NCBI RefSeq assembly: GCF_001194135.2
Contig: NC_068983.1
Span: forward strand, 59,792,071-59,856,070
Direction of reading: 5' to 3'
Length of the DNA stretch: 64,000 bases
Source of the DNA: Octopus bimaculoides
Lineage: Eukaryota
Each line of letters opens with the position of its first letter. The first letter of the stretch is position 1. The notes beneath the pieces were generated by a model that saw only the letters and a list, made by a program, of their open reading frames with translations, was not told the DNA's origin and ran no database searches. The translations under genes were made by a program, and so were the position numbers. This document shows, piece by piece, positions 54,401-64,000 of the stretch.

Positions 54401-57400
54401 CTGAGAAAGGCCTTATGTTTCTTAACTTCTTTGAGAAGTTTCTCTGAGATGAAATAATACAGCTGGTGCTATTTCACATTTCTACATACACTATAAATGT
54501 GATACACACCAGTACATTAAACATCATCATCATCATAATCATTTTAACATCCAATCTTCCATGATCGCATGGATCAGGTAGAATTTGTTGGGGCAGATTA
54601 CTATGGCTGGCTGTCCATCCTGTTGCAATACTCACCTGTTCCCAAGCAGGGTAATATTTCCCCCTTCCTCCAGACATGTTTTCACAGAAGATTGGAAATA
54701 ACTGATACTGTTTAACAGTGACACTCACTTGTAATTATCATGTGATGACAAGACAAGGACAAGCACACACACATGTATGTATGTATGTATGTATAATGGG
54801 CTTCTTTTAGTGTCTGCCTGCCAAATCCACTCACAAGGTTTTAGATGACCAGGATTTTTATAGAAGACACTTTCCCACTGCAATACATTGACACTGAACT
54901 AACAGCCATGATTCCTGTGTGTGTCTAAATTACATGCACATATACACCATGCACATTTAAAATATGCAAAAATTTATAAATCCCTGCAACCAGTGTCAGA
55001 GGATATGGAAGAAAAAATCTCTTATTTAGATTACATGCAATGCATTTGAATTAATATAACGAGATTGGAAATCTATTAGTTCAGTCTCTTAAATTATTCC
55101 ACTGTGGACTTACTAATTATGACCAATTATCTTGTAAATCCTTTGATTCAACTCATATTATCATTTTATAGCCAATTGAAAGTGAAACAAGAAAGAGAAA
55201 GCTTACTATAAAGCTGTTTCTCACTCCACCTACTGATTTAGTGGTAGGTGTTAGCTGTCTAGGCTCTTCCTTTCCCCTGGAATTTATTGTCTGTAACACA
55301 CACAACATTCATCTCTTCACATGCACATTCTAACATAAATCTAGGCATGCACTAATGTAAATACTATTACAACACTTTATTCACTATATCACAATCTCTG
55401 CATACAGTTGGCAATAATAGCCATGCACTCTCTCATATACATGTAGCTGTGATAGCCATATACTCTCATACATGTGTAAACCATAGTCTTTACCCATGAA
55501 AGCTGAACTTACTCTTGTATACTAATTACTAATTTCCAACACAATAACCTCCTACATGCAAATACATGCACACATAACCATACATGCTTTGTTTTCTTTT
55601 TAATGATACCATACCCTGTTTTCTTTTCCATTCTCTCTGCACCCTACCACTCACACACACCACACACAATATACACACAGTACACACACAATACACACAC
55701 AATACACACACACTCACACAAGAGGTAATATTCTCAGTATGCATTTTTAAAACATTACAATTAATAATTCAAGAAAATTACCTGAACTACCATTAAGGTA
55801 AGTGATCAGATAAAAACGAAGTGGCCAACAAGTGAGATCAATATGTTAGATTATTGTTGTATTCATTGATCCAACTATTAACCCTGCTTTTTATTTTGCA
55901 TGTGTTTATATTAGTGATTGTGTGTATGGGGGTGTATGTGTGTGTTGGAACAAATATCTACCACATTGTTTTGATCCCCTTCATTTGGATATGAAGCTAA
56001 ATCAACTACGATTTTTGTCTTCCTGCAAAAAACAGAAAATACTCAGCTCCACCTTAACAATTAATTAATCCTCACAAAGCTCTGGTGAGACACAGATTAG
56101 AGTTCTACTCTCATATTTAGGGCAATACTGCTGTTATTAGACCCACACACACACATATGCATGCATGCACACACGCATGCACACACACACACACACACTA
56201 CATCTAGAAAATGCCATTTGACTTATTGGAATAAAATCATTCACAGACAATCCAGCTTCTAATGCATAGACATGTCTTTCCTCTGCCTTTTTCTTGCAAA
56301 GTGACTTCTATCCCTCATAGTTCACTGGTCTCATACTACCTCTTCTCAGTTAATAATTTAGTCTCTAGTTGCTGATCTTCCTTGAATGCAAACCTTGTAT
56401 ATTTCACTGGTCTGGGATTCTACTTAAGCCCAACTTTTCCTTGAATGTTACTGTAAAAACCTGCATAATAGTTAATTCATTTGCAGTGTCTTTTATTTTA
56501 TATATTCTCTCTTACATTTAAAAAATAACAACAAATCAGTTTTTACATTTGCATTTGAAAGAGGGCATAGTAGTGGAGTAATTAACAAACGTTATTGCCA
56601 AAATTATGCAATAGTGAATCCAACAGTCGTGTTTCAACAACTTACCCTTGCTAATAATGAATCAAATCTGTTTTTGTTACTGCAGGGCTTCACTAACCTT
56701 CAAACTCTAGTAACTTTCCTAATGTGGTTTTATTCCCTCCCTTTATCTTTTCTCGACTTTCTTCCTTCTATTCCATCATTAAAACATTTATCTCTATTGC
56801 TTGTTTCCCACTCATCCAAAATGTTCTCAAGCACTTATCTTAACTGCAGCAACTCAACTTCAGATGCTGAGGATACGTTTCCATTATCAAAAACACTTGT
56901 CAAATTCATGGCTTCCTCAATGTTATCTCACAAAGGATCTGTGTTAAGAATCCCCGCACTTCACCATTGATAAGTTTACCATCTACAGCTCACCGCCTAC
57001 ACATTCAATACTGAGAAAAATCAACAATTTCAGCACACCCACACGCAATCACACTGAAACCACACAGCTGTCATCCTCCTTTTCCGCCTCCTCCTCCTCC
57101 TCCTCATCATCATCATCATCATCATCAACAACATAATGAAAATAGCAGGGTAGTGTGAAAGTTGATCAATAGAAGAATTCAATAATCAACAGTGTATCTT
57201 TGGGGAATCATTATGTCAATAAGAAACATATGCATTGGTTCTGTTTCACTTCTTTTATTACTGTTAGTGGCAGAACTGTAAATATGCTGAACAAAATGCT
57301 TTGTGGCATTTCTTTGGTCTTTACATTCTGAGCTCAAATTCCACCAATGTCACTTTTGCCTTTCATTCTGTTGGGGTCAATAAAATAAATACTAGTCAAG

Positions 57401-59399
57401 TATTGGGATCAGTGTAATCAACTTGCTTCACTCTTCAAGAACTGCTGGCCCTGTGCCAAATTTGAAACCATTATTATTGGAGTAGTAATAGCATGTCATT
57501 GATGAGGTCATGAATGGCAGCAAAAGGACTCTGACAAACCTTGCTCATTGATTTACCAAACAACTAATTAAACAATCAATTAGTTAATTGATTAAATAGT
57601 TAACAATTTGACTAATAATCCTTTCTACTTAGGCAAAGGGCTTGAAATTTTGAGGAATGGGACTAGTCGATTACACTGACCCCAGTGTACAACTGGTACT
57701 TATTTCATTGATCTAAAATGAAAGGCAAAGTTGACCTCAGATGAATTTGAACTCAGAATGTAAATTTGGGCAAAATACCACAAATTTGGGCAAACTTCCG
57801 CAAAGCATTTTCTCTAGCATGTTAATGATTTTGCCTGCTCATTGCTTTCTAGTTAACTAATAATAATAGAGAAGTGAAATAGCACCAGTGCATATGGTTT
57901 TATTAGTATAATGACCCTCTGAAGATACAGCAAAATTTCTTTCAACACAATTTTACATCAAGAGACTTGCAAACCAAATACGAAAACACATATTATTAAT
58001 TATATTTAATATTACTGTTAATGCTATTAGTATTGGAAGTTATACACACACACCTACATACATACATAAATTTATATCATTTTCACTTTTTACTTTCAAC
58101 TCTTTCAGTATCAGCAACACTAACAACAACAACAGCAATTAGAAACTAGCAAGTAATTATCTCCTTATTTAAAATGCATTTACCATCTGTTTCTGTTTAT
58201 TAGTTTATTAATTATAAACGTTGTTGTTGCCATTCTTTTAGAAAAGAATTCTTGATGTCTACTTTGTCAAACCACCAGATGTCAAGACTTTGTTAACTTG
58301 TAACTTGATGATGGTTTAGACAATGGAAGGCCACGGAGGACTTTCTATCAAGCAAGAGAATAATCTGTGGTTGGAGTGAGGTGAGGCATTGAATAATAAG
58401 ATAATGGTGATAGCTTTATCTATGTAGGAAAACAACGCACATATAGATGATAAAAACCAATCAATTGACAAGGAAAATGTAGGTAAATTTGCATTGGTGT
58501 TAATAACACAGAGAATATTCTTGGTGTTAGCAGAGATGATAAAAGAAGTCATTCGTAGAGATGAGAGATGAGAAAATGCTTTCTTTGAAGATTTCCCATG
58601 CTTACACCTATAAAATATAGGTGCAGGTATGGCTATGTAATTACGAAGTTTGCTTCCCAACCACATGGTGTGAGGTTCAGTCCATCCCTCTGCAAGTGTC
58701 TTCCACTATAACCCCAGGTTAATCAAAGCCTTAAGAACGGATTTGGTAGATGGAAACTGAAAGAAGCCTATCAGCCCATCGTATTTATGTGAGTATGTAT
58801 ATGTGTATGTATGTGGATGGGTTTGTGTGTGTGTGTGCATGTGTGTGTGTGTGTGTGTGCATGTGTGTGTGTGTGTGTGTGTGCATGTGTGTGTGTGTGT
58901 CCTTATCTTGACATTGCAGGAGAATTGTAAATAAGCATTCCCATCGTATTAGTAGTGTCATTCATTTCCAGTCTTCCATGGAAGCATGTCTGGCCATGGG
59001 AAAATATTCCCTTATTTGGAAACAGGTGAGGGTTAGTGATGGGAAGAGCATCCATCTGTGGAAAATCTGCCTAAATGAATTATGTCCAACCCATACAAGA
59101 AGGGTAAAGAGGACATTAAAACGATAGTATGGATGATATTTTCTAGGCCTGACAGTTGTTGTCAGTTGGGGAAATTAAATGTATAACATATATTGGTGAT
59201 AATTCAAAAGATAAAAGTTCTGACTATGCATCATGTCTGCTTCATAGGCATTTCAGGCCTGTCATTAATTTGATCACCATGGTCATTTTACACTCTGCCT
59301 TTAATATCAGTGTAATATTTTCTCACCTTTGATAAAATATTGATGTTAAGAACTGTAGAAAAAGGTGCCACCACTATTTTCTACTTACTCTCTATCCTC

Positions 59400-59425
59400 A
59401 TTATTATCATTATCATCATTATCAC

Positions 59426-59487
<62 letters not shown>

Positions 59488-59600
59488 CTATCACCAACAC
59501 TACTGACACCATTACTACTATCATTATAATCATCATTGCTGTTGCTGCTTCCAACCTCCTCCCATAATCGTCATCATCAACATCATCTTCATCATCACTT
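59400..59600. repeat. Imperfect (CAT)n microsatellite
   Basis: Direct reading. Confidence 0.9.
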
Positions 59601-60830
59601 GAAATTCATCATTATTTTGAATTGTAGGATTTCTAAATGCTAGTTCTTTTGTGTTAAGTTTTATTCTACTCACATATTTAATTAGCTAACTCTGTTACTC
59701 TTCATACTGTAGTAATAAATTCATTATAGCAAAATAAGTTTTAACAAACCTATACAAACTTGTTTTAATTTCATTTTCATCTAAACTTGGTAATACAAAA
59801 TATTCATTTATTCAAATGACCCAACTTTTTCACTTGACCCCCAACCATTTCAGTAACAAAATTAAATATTGTCCATATAATTTATTATCTTCTTTATCAC
59901 CCTCATTTTGTCTGTGTGTCCTAAATAAGTTAAAATTATCATCAGTAGTGGTGTTTTGTTTTTTCATTTATGTTTCCATATTATTTGTGGAACTATTTCT
60001 GTTCTTTAACTTATTTATTGTTCTTTATTTTATTGGCTCATTACCAAACTGTAGGTATATTGATTTACTCTAATTCATCTTTTATTTATTTATTTTTATG
60101 TTTAAAACAGGTCCTTTTAGACAAATAAATTAACGAAACTCTTTGAAAAATTCATAATGCTATACACCGTAATTTACGAATAAGCGTTAAACATTGTTTA
60201 AATAATATTGCTAGTAAATTATTCATGAGGTGTGTAACAAAAAGGTTTTAAGGTGAACAGCTGCTATTTTCAACTGACAATATTCCCAGAAATGGCACTC
60301 CATCTGTAATGACAGATATTAAGAAAATGTAGATCAGACTTATTTAGCTTTCCCTGGTTTTCATTTGCTTTTGTTCATTTGTTTCTACATCAGCTTTTCA
60401 ATGCTAATATGGGTTACAAGAACACATTATAAAGGCCAGCTGTTTTAGAGCCAGATGCTATTCTTGTCATTCGCTCTTCTCTCTTTTTCCAGTAAGAGAT
60501 CTCTTATTTTACATGTCTTCAAAAGCACAAAGTGAGTGGACAGTTTGTTGACATGAGAAGTGACAACAGCAACACTGCATATAGTGAGCAACTTTCATAG
60601 AGTATAAACATAAACAAACACATACATACGCACTCTTATACATACATACATACATACATACATACATACATACATACGTACATACATACATACATACATA
60701 CATGATGGCTGTCCACTCGTGACTGTGGAAGACCATTGCTGACCTTCAGGAACATTGTGTGCTCTAGGACTAACTTATATTTTGCATTTGCAGTTCCGTT
60801 GGTGGCTATGTACATTCATACATACATACA

Positions 60831-60864
<34 letters not shown>

Positions 60865-61160
60865 CATACATGCATACACACACATATATATCACTGTCAT
60901 CATCATTACATCATTATTTTAACACCTACTTTTCCATTACTGCATGCGTCAGACAGAATTCATTGAGGCAGATTTTCTACAGCTGGATGCTTTCTTTGCC
61001 ATCAACCCTCACCTATTCCAAAACAAGTTAGCATTTTCCCATGGCCAAACATGCTTTGATTGAAGACTGGAAAGGAAGGACTCTGCTTATATGATGGGAA
61101 TGCTCATTTATATCAATTCTGAGATGTTAAGACAAGGAGGCACAAACACATACATTCCTT

Positions 61161-61201
<41 letters not shown>

Positions 61202-61207
61202 TACATG

Positions 61208-61263
<56 letters not shown>

Positions 61264-62217
61264 ATATATATATATATATTTGAATATATAAGAGGATTCT
61301 TTTAGTTTCCATCTATAAATCCATTCTCAAGGCTTTGGTCAACCTGGGATTGTAATAGTAGACTCAAGTTGTCACTCAGTAAAGACAGACTTTTTGAGGT
61401 CAATATAATAAGTACCAGCTGAGGAAGTAAGTTGATCACTTGATGGCTTTGTGTTAAATTTGAAACCAATATTTCACGGTTGAGAGATTGCTGTTGATCT
61501 TGATCATGACTGTTCAGTTGGTCATTCAACTGAACTACCTGTTCATTAAATAAGAATATAAGTGGCTGAGTATTCCACTGTCACATGTATCCTTAATGTG
61601 ATTTTCAGGCAAAAACAGTGTGATACAGTGTGTCATGACCTTAAAATACAAATACAATCCATCCAATGGACTTTCATGCAGTTTTCATTACCTCCATTTC
61701 TCTCACATGGCTTGGTTCTACTCAAGGCTAAGATACCCTGCAGTAGAACCAAATCTTTGATGTTGTGATTGTGAAGCAAGTTTCTTAACCACACAGCTAT
61801 GCTGCATCCATTTATTGTTAATGTACTGAACATGTTCTTAGTATTGATGTTTGAAAATTTCATCATGTCATCAAGTTTACTAATAATTGCAATTATAACA
61901 TTCTATTAGAATATATTATTTTAGATACAAGTTTTGCACTAACAAGTCAATATATTCTCCCTTACTAGTTTGATTTAACTGAAATCTATTATCACATTCT
62001 GACATCTTAGAGGTATGTCTACCTTGTTTCTTTATGAGATTACAAGTAGTTATCTAATGCAGTTGTTTGGTAAAAGTACATCAGGCTAAAGAACAAAGCG
62101 ATAGTTTATCTAAGATGAAATTTACTTGTCTATGTTTGTGACACTATTCAACTCCAAGTCAAATAATTCTTGAAACTCTTGTACTAGCAGGCTCTGTCTC
62201 TCTCCAAAGGAACTTAG

Positions 62218-62445
62218 TTAACTCTTTTGTTACAATATTTCTGTTGAAATACTTTGCCTTACTTCCAGTTAATTTCGAAAATAATGAAAAATGTAGTAAA
62301 ATAACATTGTTATTATTAAGCTGATGATTGGAATAAAAATTCACATGGAATATTGATGAAAGGTTTTAGTTTAGTTCACTTTAAAATGGAATTTGTATTA
62401 TAGAGGCAGGAGCAATCACAGACAGTTTGGTATCAAATGGATTAA
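62218..62445 (+). mobile_element. piggyBac-like MITE, full-length decayed copy
   Basis: TTAActcttttgttac...ggtatcaaatggaTTAA; same core. Confidence 0.55.
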
Positions 62446-62619
62446 GATAGATTCATTTGCCAAACAATATTCCACAAGACGTCATCAATTTCATTATATT
62501 TTTCAAAGAATTCACTTACACCTTATATGACACTTTTCTATAATGCTGTAATATCCTGATGGCTCATTAGAAGTAGCAGATAATTTCTGCTACATAGCAG
62601 ACCAAATTAGTAGTGGGGG

Positions 62620-63410
62620 AAGATGTACAGAGAGTGTGATAGCAGAATAAGAAAAGAATGGCGGATCTTCAGAGAGCTGTTACATCTATTGGCCACAAAA
62701 GTTTTCTCTCCTTAAGTGAAAGGAAAATTGTATGATGCATGTATACAGACAGCAATTCTACAAGGCAGTGAGAGGTGGGCTATGAGTGCAGAGGACATGT
62801 CAGGGTTAGATACTCCGTTGGATGTGTATCGTAAATGTATATGTTCAACAGAGTGCTAGTATTTTGAGAGAGAAGTTACATATAAGAGGAATTAGAGGCT
62901 GTGTTCAAGAGAGAAGACTGCATTGGTTTGATCATGTGTTGCTGACAGCTCCATAAAGAAGTGCAGATCTCTCAAAGTAGAAGGAACACATGGAAATGGG
63001 AGGCCCAGGAAAACATTGGATGAAATACTGAAGAATGGCCACAGGATGCTGAACCTTTCAGGTGAGATGACAAAGGACCAAGATACTTGGCAACTTGCTG
63101 TACTCAAGAAGACCCCGTACTCCACAGCAGAAGTGTTAAGACCAGTCCCTCTGGTGGTGAAAAGCACTCATGACAATTCCATGTAAAAGTACCATTGCAG
63201 TGCCATGTAAAAGCACCTGTGTGGTGCCACATGAAAGCACTCAACACACTCTGTAAAATGATTGGTGTTAGGAAGGACAGGACATCCGGCCATAGAAACC
63301 ATGCCAAATCAGACTGGAATCTGTTGTTGTGCCCCAGCTTGCCAGCTCTGGTCAAACCATCCAACCTATGCCACCATGGACAATGGACAGTAAATGATGA
63401 CAACAACAAT
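62620..63410 (+). mobile_element. 5'-truncated RTE-clade LINE with 3' UTR
   Basis: Same RT C-terminal motifs (FRELL, VKGKLYDACIQTAILQGSERWAM), then short tandem gccatgtaaaagcac units and the ccaacc-atg-catgga...gatga terminus shared with many short copies in the window. Confidence 0.75.
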
Positions 63411-63539
63411 GTACTTCTTTTAGGATTATCATTTACCGAATGTTGTTTGAATAATCCCATGCAATACCTTTGAATTGAACTTAAATCTCTCTCCCTCACT
63501 TTTTTTTCAGTTTACATGTATCTACCACTATTATTTTGA

Positions 63540-64000
63540 GGGAGGTGAAAGGATTGCCTCTGATTGCCAATATCTGCCTTGTTTTCATGTTTAAAGAAAA
63601 TAATTCTTCAAATGACCAGTCAAATTCTCAAATGTTGATACAAATTACTGGTAATTCAAATGCCATGTGGAATATTGATTTCTATTTCAAAGAAATTTCT
63701 GATTCTCCTATCTTTTGCTGAGCTTAGTGTAGAATTTCGTTCTTAGTCATGAGTTATCCATAATGTTATCACAGAGTATATTTTCATCTACTTTAAGGTA
63801 TTTATAGCCTGTCGTTGTTCAAAGAAAAAGTGATAAAAGCTCCATTAATAGCAAGGTTTTCAATCTGGCTTCTTGTCCATCCTCAGTGTGTTATTGTAAG
63901 ATATGACCAGTCGTTCTGGCCAAAGTTCAAATCAATGCCACAGGAATATTTCGGTCAGCTATGGTGTTGAACTTGCTCATAATTCACATGGATGTATGTG
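63540..64000 (-). mobile_element. Decayed R4/Dong-type reverse transcriptase fragment (runs off the window)
   Basis: Minus-strand frames with stops and shifts give IDLNFGQND, GYKYLKVDENI and AFELPVICINI*EFDWSFEELFSLNMKTRQIL, resembling the post-YxDD region of R4-clade RTs. Confidence 0.5.

Noticed and set aside
55738-55797. 60-nt AG...AAG|GTAAGT segment, the size expected for the next alpha-2/delta exon
   Set aside because: Stop codons in all three frames and no RL..AE-like peptide.
58316-58666. 116-aa minus-strand ORF
   Set aside because: The start lies in a SINE head; the remainder has no convincing motif and is at most highly decayed LINE sequence.

Overview
AT-rich, microsatellite-dense eukaryotic DNA with four N gaps. 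The SINE, LINE and MITE repertoire is the kind I recognise from octopus genomes; that species assignment is an inference from recalled repeat families, not a database result. The window is almost entirely intron-like. I can support one host coding exon: 19872..19979 (+), 108 nt, AG/GT-bounded, phase 0/0, KYQMRLKTEEKKHSTIVAETAKKVSQLLEKKVKAVK. It resembles the N-terminal exon of voltage-gated calcium channel alpha-2/delta subunits (CACNA2D family). The rest is decayed mobile DNA: RTE, CR1/L2-type, R4/Dong-type and Penelope-like retroelement fragments, at least three tRNA-derived SINE families, piggyBac-like and hAT-like MITEs, and a DINE-1/Helentron-like element. Most entries in the ORF track are simple-repeat or N-gap artefacts. 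I found no multi-gene novel system. The most notable observations are three hammerhead-ribozyme-like motifs, all on the gene's sense strand; a 282-bp spacerless near-perfect palindrome; a 313-bp foldback element; and a nest of (TAA)n-associated R4/Dong elements. Repeat boundaries are read by eye and are approximate.
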